A stretch of 64,000 bases of DNA from an uncultured Candidatus Saccharibacteria bacterium (GCA_965231075.1 OZ246412.1:14224-78223), one strand, 5' to 3'. Counted from the stretch's first letter, positions 36,938 to 46,721 are shown. Notes: generated by a model from the letters alone, not told the origin. Translations and numbers: made by a program.

Positions 36938-38263
36938 ATGAGAATTTCAAACATTTTTCTTGTTATTTGTTTGATATCTATTGTGGTCGTATTTTTTGTG
37001 TCGCCGAAAATGTTGGAGAAAAATATCCCTCAATCCCTGCCGGGCGAGGGCGTTTTTGTCGGCGAGGTGACTAAAGAGCCAAATACAAAAAGTAATAACA
37101 TTCAGTTGACACTAAAAACAGAAATTGGAAAAATCTTGGTTACTGTGCCGAATTATCCAGAATATTTTTATGGCGACGTTTTAAAAATAACCGGTAAGTT
37201 GCAATTCCCGACGGTATTCGAAGACTTTAATTATAAAAATTATTTGGCAAAAGATAAAATTTATTACGTTAGTTATTATCCAAAAATAGAAACCTTAAAC
37301 AGAAATCAAGGCAATAAAATTTTTTCTCTAATTTTAAAATTTAAAAACAATCTTACGCAAAAAGTGGAAACTCTAATGCCGTTTCCCGAAGTTTCAATTT
37401 TAGAAGGAATTATTTTGGGCAACAAGCAAATATTTTCTGAAGAAATTAAAAATAATCTGAGTATTACCGGCACAAGTCACATTACCGCAATTTCAGGAAT
37501 GAACATTGTAATTATTTCTGAAATTTTAATGATCGTTTTGATTGGTTTGGGACTATGGCGGAAACAAGCATTTTATTTTGTTGTGGTTTTAATCGTCTTG
37601 TTTATTTTGATGGTTGGTGCACCGGCTTCAGCGGTACGTGCCGGGATTATGGGTATGATTTTGCTATATGCAAAAAAAATCGGACGATTAAATAGTCCTG
37701 TGCGAATCATGATTTTTGCGGGGGCGATTATGCTCGCGTTTAATCCATTGTTATTAAGATACGATATCGGATTCCAACTTTCATTTTTGGCCGTTTTAGG
37801 ATTGATCTACATTAAGCCAATTTTCGATAATCTCTGGGGCAAACTATTAAAAAAAGAGCACATTGGCTCGGTTTTAGAAATCATTAATACGACCATTGCC
37901 GCACAAATATCAGTTTTAGGAATCTTGATTTATAATTTTGGAAAAATTTCTTTTATCTCGCCAGTCGCCAATATTGTAATTGTGCCATTTATAACCTTGC
38001 TAACAATTATTGGTATAATTTTCATTGGGGGACTAACAATATCTGGGTTTCTGGGAAAAATTTTACTTTGGCCGGTATATATTGGCACAACTTATGTGTT
38101 GCGAGTCATCAATTGGCTAGCCCAAATTCCCTGGGCTTCAAAACAAATTTTAGGGGTCCACTGGTCTTGGGTGGTCGTTTATTATATTTTATTAATTGGA
38201 TCGATTGTTTTTTATAATTTCCGAATAAAAAGGTCTACAACACAACACGAGCCATCACAATGA
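36938..38263 (+). CDS. comEC: ComEC competence membrane domain
   Basis: GTSHITAISGMN, ASAVRAGIM, DIGFQLSFLA. Confidence 0.93.
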   Translation: MRISNIFLVICLISIVVVFFVSPKMLEKNIPQSLPGEGVFVGEVTKEPNTKSNNIQLTLKTEIGKILVTVPNYPEYFYGDVLKITGKLQFPTVFEDFNYKNYLAKDKIYYVSYYPKIETLNRNQGNKIFSLILKFKNNLTQKVETLMPFPEVSILEGIILGNKQIFSEEIKNNLSITGTSHITAISGMNIVIISEILMIVLIGLGLWRKQAFYFVVVLIVLFILMVGAPASAVRAGIMGMILLYAKKIGRLNSPVRIMIFAGAIMLAFNPLLLRYDIGFQLSFLAVLGLIYIKPIFDNLWGKLLKKEHIGSVLEIINTTIAAQISVLGILIYNFGKISFISPVANIVIVPFITLLTIIGIIFIGGLTISGFLGKILLWPVYIGTTYVLRVINWLAQIPWASKQILGVHWSWVVVYYILLIGSIVFYNFRIKRSTTQHEPSQ

Positions 38264-39111
38264 TTAGAAAATATCAAGGAAGAATTTTATTAGGACTATT
38301 AATGATTACAATAATCGTTTGGGTTTTTGTTTTTCAAGAAGCAATTACTAATAAATTTTTAGAAATTGATTTCTTGGATGTCGGCCAGGGAGATGCAATT
38401 TTTATTGAAACTTTAGATAAAAAACAAATACTGATTGATGGCGGTCCCAATTTAAGTGTTTTGGAAAAATTAGGCAAAGTTATGCCGTTTTATGATCGAT
38501 ATATTGATGTTGTTTTGTTAACCCATCCCGAGCAGGATCATATGAACGGATTGATTGAGGTTTTAAAAAGATACCAAGTAGGAATGGTGGTGTTTAATGG
38601 AATTATTAGAGACACAGTACAATATCAAGAATTCATGAACATAATTAAACAAAAAGAAATTCTTGTAAAAGTTGTTTATCAAGGGGAAAAAATAAATTTT
38701 GACAACAATATAAGTTTGAACATTCTGTATCCGTTTGAAAACTTGGAAAATAAAAAATTAGCTGATAGCAACAATACTTCAATTGTTTCAAAATTAGTTT
38801 ATAAAAACTTTGAACTACTCTTAACGGGGGACATTGAGAAAAGCGTAGAAAACAAATTAATCAAGGAAAGAGTTGATTTGACTGCTGATGTTATAAAAAT
38901 TGCACATCACGGAAGCAAAACCTCAACTAGCGAAGCATTTTTAAACGCGGTTAATGCAATTATGGCAGTAATTGAGGTTGGCAAAGATAATCGCTACGGT
39001 CACCCGCATCAGGATGTCATAAACCGGCTGAAAAACTTAATCGTTCTCCAAACTAGTACCGAAGGCACGATTCAAATCCTAACCGACGGAGAAAAGATAA
39101 TTAAAAAATAA
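38260..39111 (+). CDS. ComEC-type metallo-beta-lactamase domain (split ComEC)
   Basis: FLDVGQGDA, LIDGG, THPEQDHMNG, LTGD, HHGSKTS, YGHP. Confidence 0.93.
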   Translation: MIRKYQGRILLGLLMITIIVWVFVFQEAITNKFLEIDFLDVGQGDAIFIETLDKKQILIDGGPNLSVLEKLGKVMPFYDRYIDVVLLTHPEQDHMNGLIEVLKRYQVGMVVFNGIIRDTVQYQEFMNIIKQKEILVKVVYQGEKINFDNNISLNILYPFENLENKKLADSNNTSIVSKLVYKNFELLLTGDIEKSVENKLIKERVDLTADVIKIAHHGSKTSTSEAFLNAVNAIMAVIEVGKDNRYGHPHQDVINRLKNLIVLQTSTEGTIQILTDGEKIIKK

Positions 39112-39114
39112 GTG

Positions 39115-39164
39115 TTGACAGATAGAGCACTAAATGTTACAATTACAATATCTTGCGCAAGGAG
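39115..39164 (+). promoter_or_regulatory. Promoter and SD for cassette gene
   Basis: TTGACA-N17-TACAAT (extended TG); AAGGAG at 39159-39164. Confidence 0.8.
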
Positions 39165-39171
39165 AAAAATA

Positions 39172-39546
39172 ATGCCGCAGGTATTCATGATCCTTGGATC
39201 CCAGGTTGTAAAACGCCTGGACCACGAAATCATCAACGAGATCGGAACCACTTTGATCTCATTGGTGGAGCAATTCTTCAAAATCGAGGGCAGAAACGAC
39301 GTGGCGTTTACGGCCGTTTCGGCTATCGCCACGATCAACGAGGCTCCGATTCAAGTTGAAATCCGGTATACTGCCGGCAGGGACGAGTATGGGCAAGGAA
39401 AGCCGTTCGATCCCTCTGAAGAAGAGCAAGAGCTTTTGGCCAGCCTTATTATGGGGGTTGTTCAGGGCTTAACTCTCGGCAAATACAAGGTTTCGGTGTG
39501 GTGCAAGCCATACCACAACTCTGTGTTTAAGGACAAGCCAGTGTAA
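39172..39546 (+). CDS. Hypothetical protein, possibly tautomerase/MIF-like
   Basis: ATG 39172 after SD; Met-Pro start and beta-alpha-beta pattern; GC-richer than its flanks. Confidence 0.6.
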   Translation: MPQVFMILGSQVVKRLDHEIINEIGTTLISLVEQFFKIEGRNDVAFTAVSAIATINEAPIQVEIRYTAGRDEYGQGKPFDPSEEEQELLASLIMGVVQGLTLGKYKVSVWCKPYHNSVFKDKPV

Positions 39547-39560
39547 ATCAGGGAGTGGCA

Positions 39561-39595
39561 AGGGGTTGGGACGTGTCCCAGCCCCTATTTTATTT
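39561..39595 (+). terminator. Intrinsic terminator
   Basis: AGGGGTTGGGAC..GTCCCAGCCCCT then ATTTTATTT. Confidence 0.8.
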
Positions 39596-39630
39596 GATTT
39601 TAGTTGAGATTAGATATAAAATGAAGGTAT

Positions 39631-39885
39631 ATGAAAAAACAATTTACAATCGAGGAGGCAAAAATAATTGGTGACAAAGTTAATATCGACTGGGGCAAAT
39701 ACGACCTAGAGCAATTCCGAATGGGATTGGGCGTGGAATTAGAACATGGTTTACACGATCCAGAAACCAATGTTACCGACGATGATGAAATAATAACTGG
39801 TAAAATTGCCTTGGCTCATCTCAAAGAAATCCCTGACTATTATACAAGATTAAACGAAATGGAAAAAAGAGCAGAGAGCAAATAA
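39631..39885 (+). CDS. DUF5661-like small protein
   Basis: EQFRMGLGVELEHG..TNVT..TGKIALAHL.E.PDYYTRL. Confidence 0.8.
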   Translation: MKKQFTIEEAKIIGDKVNIDWGKYDLEQFRMGLGVELEHGLHDPETNVTDDDEIITGKIALAHLKEIPDYYTRLNEMEKRAESK

Positions 39886-39888
39886 TTT

Positions 39889-41172
39889 ATGAAGAAAATA
39901 CTCATTGTTATTATAATAATTATTGTGATTGTTTTGGCAATGTTTGTTTTTAAGATTTGTCCGCCGAAAGGGCCGTGGCCAACACCTCCCTGGTGTAAAA
40001 CTTTTAGCATCAATCAATATGATGTCAAAGTTGATGCCGAACAACTTTCTCAAGTTAAAGCTGTAAATATGTATGACACATGGGGTCGTAACTATAATAT
40101 GAATATGGTTGAAACCACCTGGGACAACTTAGAAAGTTCATTTAATCGAGTTCAAGATTTGGGTGCAAGTGTGGTTTATGTACACGATTTTGATCGAGCA
40201 ATTTACGAAAAGGGCCAGGATTACACTAGCACAAAGTATGTTTTAGCCGACGATATTTTCGGCAATGATATGCGCGACGAAGCAATCAGTGTTAAACATC
40301 TTAAAAAAATAGTTACCACAGCGCATGAAAGGGGATTGAAACTTGGCATTAAACGCAATTTAACTTTTTTAGATATGGGCAGTTTGATTGTTTCGGGAAT
40401 CAAAGGAACAATCGAACAAGACGTAGCAAAGAGTTTCGCTGAATTTAATCGAGAGCACAGTGACGAATGGGTTAAAGATTATTTTGCCAAATGGCAGTCA
40501 CGATTAATAGAAAAAGCCAAAATTTATCAGGATGCTGGGGTAGATATTATGTCGGTTTCGCCAACGTTTCAAGATCCACAATTCGCTGGACACGAAATTC
40601 TGGCGAACGAACTTTGGAAGAAACTAATTTCTGAAGTCAAGAATAATTTTAAGGGACAAATTTTAATCGATTTTAATGTTTATGGTCTTGTGGACGGAAA
40701 TAATGGCGCTGAACAGTGGCACAAGTATGATTACTATAAAGATGCTGATATTGTAGAAGCTCGGGTTTATAAAATTTTAGAAAAATACCAAAGTGGTAAT
40801 AAAAACCTAAAACAAGACACCATTAAAATGGTTAACGGCCTGAATCAAGCGGCAGAGGACCTGGGTATTAAAATCCATATTTTCTTTGCGCCATCAAGTT
40901 ATGTTGATGGTTTGTACTTAGGGCCGGTGGAATATTTAGATGTAAATAGCGATAAGATAAAAAAATTATCTAAAGACTATGAAGTTCAGGCAATGGCTAT
41001 TGATGAATTTTTTAGAACGACCAAGGACAAGCAAAATATTATCGGTCTGAATATTGGTAATTTTGCTTGGGATGATGCACTTGATCCCGACGTGAGGGCG
41101 CGTGTCTCGGTTTCTGCTGGTTTTCGCAACAAACCTGCCGAAACAGTAGTTAAAGAGTGGTATAAAGAATAA
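39889..41172 (+). CDS. Membrane-anchored glycoside hydrolase-like TIM barrel (GH113-like)
   Basis: N-terminal anchor; AHERGLKLG, WKKLISEVKNNFKGQI, NKPAE.V..WY. Confidence 0.6.
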   Translation: MKKILIVIIIIIVIVLAMFVFKICPPKGPWPTPPWCKTFSINQYDVKVDAEQLSQVKAVNMYDTWGRNYNMNMVETTWDNLESSFNRVQDLGASVVYVHDFDRAIYEKGQDYTSTKYVLADDIFGNDMRDEAISVKHLKKIVTTAHERGLKLGIKRNLTFLDMGSLIVSGIKGTIEQDVAKSFAEFNREHSDEWVKDYFAKWQSRLIEKAKIYQDAGVDIMSVSPTFQDPQFAGHEILANELWKKLISEVKNNFKGQILIDFNVYGLVDGNNGAEQWHKYDYYKDADIVEARVYKILEKYQSGNKNLKQDTIKMVNGLNQAAEDLGIKIHIFFAPSSYVDGLYLGPVEYLDVNSDKIKKLSKDYEVQAMAIDEFFRTTKDKQNIIGLNIGNFAWDDALDPDVRARVSVSAGFRNKPAETVVKEWYKE

Positions 41173-41234
41173 TATTTTAATAATTAATCGGTCTCAATTA
41201 GATAAATAAATCTAATTAAGATAAACATAGGCAT

Positions 41235-41534
41235 ATGAAAGATTTTATTGAATTTATACGAAAACAAGGGGTTGTAGGATTAGCGATCGGATTTATTTTA
41301 GGTGGTGCAGTGTCGAAAGTGGTGGGTGCGTTAGTGGAAGACATAATTAACCCAATTATCGGAATCTTTTTAGGAAAAATTGGCGATTTGTCTAATCTGT
41401 ATTTGCGCATCGGTTCAGCACACATAACCTTTGGTCATTTTATTTCAATCTTGATAGATTTCGTAATTGTCGCATTAGTTGTCTATGCCGGGTTTAAATA
41501 TTTGAAGTTGGACAAATTAGATAAAAAGGATTAA
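41235..41534 (+). CDS. mscL: Large-conductance mechanosensitive channel
   Basis: VVGLAIGFILGGA..VV..LVEDIINP, FGHFI. Confidence 0.9.
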   Translation: MKDFIEFIRKQGVVGLAIGFILGGAVSKVVGALVEDIINPIIGIFLGKIGDLSNLYLRIGSAHITFGHFISILIDFVIVALVVYAGFKYLKLDKLDKKD

Positions 41535-41562
41535 TTTTCTCGCTTCTTGCGGGATAAAATTT

Positions 41563-42111
41563 ATGCGGTTAGCGGTGACCGGACCACAAAACACGGGAAA
41601 GACAACCTTTATCAGGGATTTTTTGAGTGCTTTCCCCAATTATGTTACCCCAGACGAAACCTATCGTGATGTGGTTAGGAAAAACAAATTAAAATTAAAC
41701 CGCGTGGCTGTCGAATATAGTCAAAGAGTGATTCGCGATTTTTTATATAAACAAACCACGGAAAACAAACAAAAAAATATTATTTTCGATCGTTGCGTTT
41801 TAGATAATCTTATCTATTCTTTGTATCAATACGAAATCGGAAACTTTAAAAAAGAATTTATCGACAAAACCAGAAAAATGGTTTACGACTCATTGAAACA
41901 TCTCGAAGCATTAATTTTTATTCCCACCGCCGTTTCAGTGCCATTAGCTGAAGATGGAGAGCGCGATATTAATACGCAATATGTTGATGCGATTAATCGC
42001 TTGTTCATTTCTGAAATTTTAGAAGTTGCGCGCAAAACAAAAATTAAAATTTTTACCATAACCGGCAACCGCGAAACTAGAATTGAACAGATTGGAGGAT
42101 TGATTAAATAA
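41563..42111 (+). CDS. P-loop NMP-kinase-like protein (AAA_28/NadR-like)
   Basis: GPQNTGKTT, IIFDRCVLD, EDGER. Confidence 0.75.
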   Translation: MRLAVTGPQNTGKTTFIRDFLSAFPNYVTPDETYRDVVRKNKLKLNRVAVEYSQRVIRDFLYKQTTENKQKNIIFDRCVLDNLIYSLYQYEIGNFKKEFIDKTRKMVYDSLKHLEALIFIPTAVSVPLAEDGERDINTQYVDAINRLFISEILEVARKTKIKIFTITGNRETRIEQIGGLIK

Positions 42112-42132
42112 GAAATAAATATTTTTTAAAAC

Positions 42133-42166
42133 AAAAAAGACAATCCGAAAGGATTGTTTTTTTATT
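42133..42166. terminator. Bidirectional terminator
   Basis: AAAAAAGACAATCC-GAAA-GGATTGTTTTTTT. Confidence 0.75.
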
Positions 42167-42170
42167 GGGG

Positions 42171-42243
42171 TCGGGCTGCCGGCCTGCCTGCCGGCAGGCA
42201 GGGAATTGTCCCGCAGAGCGGGATCCCGCTACGCGGGAAACTC
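42171..42243 (-). pseudogene. tRNA-Pro 3'-half relic interrupted by two palindromic inserts
   Basis: Removing 42183-42202 and 42209-42238 gives GAGTTCAATTCCCGGCAGCCCGA on the minus strand. Confidence 0.65.
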
Positions 42244-42249
42244 TTTGTG

Positions 42250-42320
42250 TCGGGCCAAGCGGAATTGAACCGCTATTATACCCACCCCAAGGGTACGGAC
42301 TGCCGTTATCCTATGGCCCG
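42250..42320 (-). tRNA. tRNA-Pro(GGG)
   Basis: CGGGCCA/TGGCCCG acceptor, TACCC-TT-GGG-GT-GGGTA anticodon arm, AGCGG-TTCAATT-CCGCT. Confidence 0.92.
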
Positions 42321-42329
42321 TCCGTTTCC

Positions 42330-42518
42330 TTATTTCTTCTTTCCGATTTGTTTAATGCACTTTGCACAAGCTTTAATTCTTTTTCCGTTTGCCAAAGTTG
42401 TCCATTGTAAATTTGGATATCTTCTCGATTTATCGGTAGGATTATACTTGCTTCTGAGCTTCTTTCTTGTTACAGTTACTATAGATGTTTTTCCACAAAG
42501 GGAACATGTTCTTGACAT
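42330..42518 (-). CDS. rpmB: 50S ribosomal protein L28
   Basis: MSRTCSLCGK...RRYPNLQW...KACAKCIK. Confidence 0.92.
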   Translation of the reverse strand: MSRTCSLCGKTSIVTVTRKKLRSKYNPTDKSRRYPNLQWTTLANGKRIKACAKCIKQIGKKK

Positions 42519-42687
42519 AAAATTATTCTAATTATTCTAATTTCTAATTAACCTAATTAAATCTAACACGGAATTTAAAAATTAGCAAATTTACCCTGCA
42601 CTTTTAGTGTCAAGCAACAAAAACAAAGACAAAATGGGCATTGCTAAAAAAATAAATTAAGCATTAATAACAGGTAAAAGTGAACGG

Positions 42688-43281
42688 GTGTCGTCAATTG
42701 AATCAAAAATATTTATATACGTTGTTATAGTTTTTTCTTCAATTATTCATGAATATTGTCATGCATGGGCGGCTTTTGTGCAGGGCGACCATACCGCCAA
42801 AAACGAGGGGAGGCTAACACTAAACCCAATCTCACATTTAGATTTATATGGTACGGTATTTATTCCACTATTCTTCTTAGTTTTTGTAGGGGGATTTATC
42901 GGTTGGGCAAAACCAGTGCCAGTCAATCCTTATAATTTTAAAAACCAAAAACATGGGATTGTTTGGGTTTCTTTAGCCGGACCAGCATCCAACCTATTTA
43001 TTGCTTTAATTTTAGGAACGTTGATCAGATTTTCTGTGTTTCCGTTTTTGCTTACACCATTCGCCTGGATCGCTTACATTAATATTTTTTTGGCGCTATT
43101 TAACTTGATCCCCATGCCACCATTGGATGGTTCAAAACTATTATTAAATAAATTTCCCAAACTAGAAGAAAAATTTGGCAGATCATTTATTGGAACATTT
43201 ATTGCCTTAGCGATTGCAATTACAATTTTGCCATACATCGCCAGTTTTATTTTCACAATTTTTACTGGACAGACGATATAG
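42688..43281 (+). CDS. Site-2 protease (M50)
   Basis: HEYCH, GRLTLNP, WAKPVP, AGPASN, FNLIPMPPLDG. Confidence 0.93.
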   Translation: MSSIESKIFIYVVIVFSSIIHEYCHAWAAFVQGDHTAKNEGRLTLNPISHLDLYGTVFIPLFFLVFVGGFIGWAKPVPVNPYNFKNQKHGIVWVSLAGPASNLFIALILGTLIRFSVFPFLLTPFAWIAYINIFLALFNLIPMPPLDGSKLLLNKFPKLEEKFGRSFIGTFIALAIAITILPYIASFIFTIFTGQTI

Positions 43282-43333
43282 ATAATGTTAAAACAAGATT
43301 AAAACATAACAATTAAATTAAAACATAAAAACT

Positions 43334-46171
43334 ATGTTTAAAAAGACATTTTTTGTATTTGTGGGATTAATTTCAATAATCTCTAGTTTTTTTATAATTA
43401 ATTCGATTTTGGGGACAAAAGAAGCGGTGGCAGGGGACTCCGTTGTTCTCATTTCTCCTAACGGCGGAGAAAGAGTAGAGATTGGGAAAACTTATAGAAT
43501 TAGATTTAATACAACCATATCCAATGATCGATATTATATGTCGTTGTTAAAAAACGGATCTAATTATATGCAGGTATTGGGTTCTTATTCTTATGCTTCT
43601 GGTGAAAATTATTTTGATTGGAATGTTCCAACTGGAACAGTAATATCTCCAGGCGATAATTATAAAATAAAGATTTATAATTTAAATGGGACAGTTGAGG
43701 ACACAAGTGATGCAAATTTTACTATTTTTTCAAATCTACCAGCGGTGACGGTTGTTTCACCCAATGGTGGAGAGAAGATTGTTAAGGGGCAAAATTATAA
43801 AATCGAATGGAACGTCAATTGGATGCCACATCCGTTTGATGCGGAGGGTGCAGAAAATAAAGTTGATATTCTTTATCGTCGAACAACTGGATCCGATCAA
43901 ACAAATTCCGGCATTATTTACGGAGAATATAATCATGAAGCGATTAATAATTATTATATGTGGTCAGTTCCAAACACGCTTCCGGATGGCACCTATAGAA
44001 TTACCATTAGAGCACGTGGCATCTATTCCAATTTGTTAGACGAGGGTGATGCAGATTTTAATATTATTACCACGAATGATACGCCTCCTGGCATTAGAAT
44101 AACTTCTCCGGGCGGTGGAGAAAATTGGGAAATCGGAAAAACTCACAACATTACATGGGAATCAATTAATTTTTCATCCAATGTTGATATTTCGATATGT
44201 AAAGAATCTCTGGGATCTGGTTGTGTTGCTTATATAGCGAAAAATATTTCTAATACAGGTTCTTATATTTGGGATACAAAAAATCCTTTAATTACTGTTT
44301 CGTCGTATTCGTTATCCGTTTTATCGAAGGGCAATGATTATAAGATTTATGTGGCCAGCACAGATAAAAAAGTGAGTGACGGAAGCGAATATTTCAGTTT
44401 TGTTAACGCTTTTAGTTGCACTGATTCTGATAACGGTAAGGATTATTATGCTCAAGGTAACACGTTTGGCACAAGAGATGCAACTCCGTATTCAATAACT
44501 GATTGGTGTGATGGCTCCACACGACTTGTAGAGAATTTTTGCACAGGAAATGTTTTTGGTAATGAATATTATACTTGTCCTAACGGTTGCGAAAATGGAG
44601 CATGTAAGCCAGACAAGCCAGATTTAACAATTAAAGAAAATCCGTCGTTTTATTCGTCCTGGGGAGGATTCAATAATGTGATTGTTGCAAGTGTTTGCAA
44701 CGACGGGAAAGATTTTGTTGTGCCACAATATTTTAATGTCGAATTTAAAGTATCCGACATCAACAAACAAGCAACGTGGGTTGGCTATCAGGGGGAAACA
44801 TTTTACAAAAACACATGTAAGTCGGTTTTTACAACGGCTTCTAGTTTAAATATAACTACATCTGGTACGTATAATTTTATAACGACAGTAGACAGCTCCG
44901 GTCGCGTAGACGAAAGCAACGAACTTAACAATGGAAAGATCAATGCGGTCACAATAACAATAGGTGATAGTGGTAAATGTTTTGATTCTGACAGCGGAAG
45001 GAATTATTATACAAAAGGATATACGACTTATGCGGGATATACTGATGCAAGCGGACAATTAATAAAAGAATATGATACGTGTGTCGGAAACATACTTCAA
45101 GAAAAATATTGTCCAAGCAGTGGACTGGGTACAATCGATTATACCTGTCCCAACGGTTGCGAAAATGGAGCATGTAAAAAAGATGATTACAATTCTTTAG
45201 ATATATATGCCCCGGAAGTTAATGGTATGAGCGTCAGTTTAAATGGAGTTACTGCCCCACAGGGTTGTGGAAGCAATGACTTAACCTGGTGTAAACAAAT
45301 TAATCCAAGTGCTGATGGAAATGGTCCGTGGGAATTTAATTGGAAAGATGGCACCAAAAGCTGTTCTTGGTTTCCTGGCAAACATACCTATAAAAACAAT
45401 GGCACTTACGATATTGAGGTCCGAGTTAAAAATACGTGTGGGTATATTTCGGCACGTACTTCGCAGACTATTAGTATCAAGGAGGTTGTTTCTGGCGAAT
45501 GTCTACCCGATGGCACTCTAATTAAAATCCCCACTGATCCTAAAATTTACGTAATTAGAAACTGTAAAAAAGAATGGATTCAGACTGCCGAAGAATTCAG
45601 ACAAGAAGGATACAAGTGGGAAGATGTTAAAGAGGTTAATTCTTCGGTTGTTCAATCGTATAGCGATTATTTGCAGTCAACAGCTAATCTTTTAAGGGCG
45701 ATTGGTCAGCAAAAAGTCTATCGTGTTGTTGACGGAAAAATCCTTTGGGTTCCTACCGTTTCTGCTTTTAACGCTCAGGGATTAAAGTGGGAAGACATTC
45801 AAAATGTCGATTCATCGATAATTAATCAATATTCAAGATTAAAATTGGTCAGAATAAAAGGAGATCCAAAAGTTTATTATTTAACAGAAAGCGGGCTCAA
45901 GAGGTGGGTCCCCACAATAGAAATATTTAATTCCTACAACAATAAATGGGAAGACGTAATTGAACTAGAGAAGAAAGACGTAAATGGATATTCCGACAAC
46001 GTTTTTATAAAATTAGAAAATGACTCTAGGGTTTACAAGATAGAGAACGGCAAGAAAAGATGGATTAAAACCGAAGCAGCGCTCAAGAGATTAGGCGTCG
46101 ATTGGAGTATAGTTGCACCCGTTAATCAAGCAGAGTTTAACTTCTATCCCGAAGGAGCTGTTATTGAATAA
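43334..46171 (+). CDS. Large multidomain secreted/surface protein
   Basis: Signal peptide; 3x SPNGGE Ig-like modules; 2x Cys-rich C.DSD.G..YY modules; CARDB-like (VDESNELNN) and PKD-like domains; C-terminal 'PKIYVI..KRW' repeats. Confidence 0.8.
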   Translation: MFKKTFFVFVGLISIISSFFIINSILGTKEAVAGDSVVLISPNGGERVEIGKTYRIRFNTTISNDRYYMSLLKNGSNYMQVLGSYSYASGENYFDWNVPTGTVISPGDNYKIKIYNLNGTVEDTSDANFTIFSNLPAVTVVSPNGGEKIVKGQNYKIEWNVNWMPHPFDAEGAENKVDILYRRTTGSDQTNSGIIYGEYNHEAINNYYMWSVPNTLPDGTYRITIRARGIYSNLLDEGDADFNIITTNDTPPGIRITSPGGGENWEIGKTHNITWESINFSSNVDISICKESLGSGCVAYIAKNISNTGSYIWDTKNPLITVSSYSLSVLSKGNDYKIYVASTDKKVSDGSEYFSFVNAFSCTDSDNGKDYYAQGNTFGTRDATPYSITDWCDGSTRLVENFCTGNVFGNEYYTCPNGCENGACKPDKPDLTIKENPSFYSSWGGFNNVIVASVCNDGKDFVVPQYFNVEFKVSDINKQATWVGYQGETFYKNTCKSVFTTASSLNITTSGTYNFITTVDSSGRVDESNELNNGKINAVTITIGDSGKCFDSDSGRNYYTKGYTTYAGYTDASGQLIKEYDTCVGNILQEKYCPSSGLGTIDYTCPNGCENGACKKDDYNSLDIYAPEVNGMSVSLNGVTAPQGCGSNDLTWCKQINPSADGNGPWEFNWKDGTKSCSWFPGKHTYKNNGTYDIEVRVKNTCGYISARTSQTISIKEVVSGECLPDGTLIKIPTDPKIYVIRNCKKEWIQTAEEFRQEGYKWEDVKEVNSSVVQSYSDYLQSTANLLRAIGQQKVYRVVDGKILWVPTVSAFNAQGLKWEDIQNVDSSIINQYSRLKLVRIKGDPKVYYLTESGLKRWVPTIEIFNSYNNKWEDVIELEKKDVNGYSDNVFIKLENDSRVYKIENGKKRWIKTEAALKRLGVDWSIVAPVNQAEFNFYPEGAVIE
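44568..45177 (+). repeat. 40-bp internal direct repeat (44568-44607, 45138-45177)
   Basis: 38/40 identical, both copies encoding YTCPNGCENGAC. Confidence 0.85.
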
Positions 46172-46284
46172 GTTTTTCCGAATTTATCAAGAATATTTGA
46201 CAAGACATTTTTTTAACGCTATCATTTAAAACAACTCGTAGCTGGGAGGGTTTTTTTATACACTCAGCAAAAAAATTATAAGAC

Positions 46285-46713
46285 ATGCCGACAATACATC
46301 AATTAATTAAACGACCAAGAAAAGCTTTGAAGTCAAAAACAACAACGCCTGCTTTAAGACGTGGTTTTAATGTTAAGAAAAACCGACCAATTAAAAGTTT
46401 TTCACCATTTAAACGAGGCGTTTGTTTAAAAGTTTTTACAACCACACCCAAGAAACCAAACTCCGCTTTAAGAAAAGTTGCCAGAGTTAGATTAACTAAT
46501 CAAATGGAAGTAACCGCATATATCCCAGGGGAGGGTCATAATTTACAGGAACACTCTGTAGTTGTACTTCGCGGTGGAAGAGTAAAAGACCTACCAGGTA
46601 TTCGATATCATATCGTGAGAGGAATGTTAGACACTGCCGGAGTTGAGGGGAGAAAACAACAAAGATCAAAATACGGAGCCAAGAAAGGTTCAGGAGCGAA
46701 AAAAACTGAATAA
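46285..46713 (+). CDS. rpsL: 30S ribosomal protein S12
   Basis: [26 protein letters not shown]. Confidence 0.99.
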   Translation: MPTIHQLIKRPRKALKSKTTTPALRRGFNVKKNRPIKSFSPFKRGVCLKVFTTTPKKPNSALRKVARVRLTNQMEVTAYIPGEGHNLQEHSVVVLRGGRVKDLPGIRYHIVRGMLDTAGVEGRKQQRSKYGAKKGSGAKKTE

Positions 46714-46721
46714 ATAAATCT

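Noticed and set aside
36938-39111. Split comEC as a pseudogene
   Set aside because: The second ORF has its own start and TM anchor with a 4-nt ATGA overlap; two-gene ComEC is a normal arrangement.
42154-42531. + strand ORFs of 125 and 81 aa
   Set aside because: Antisense to tRNA-Pro and rpmB, and read through palindromic inserts.
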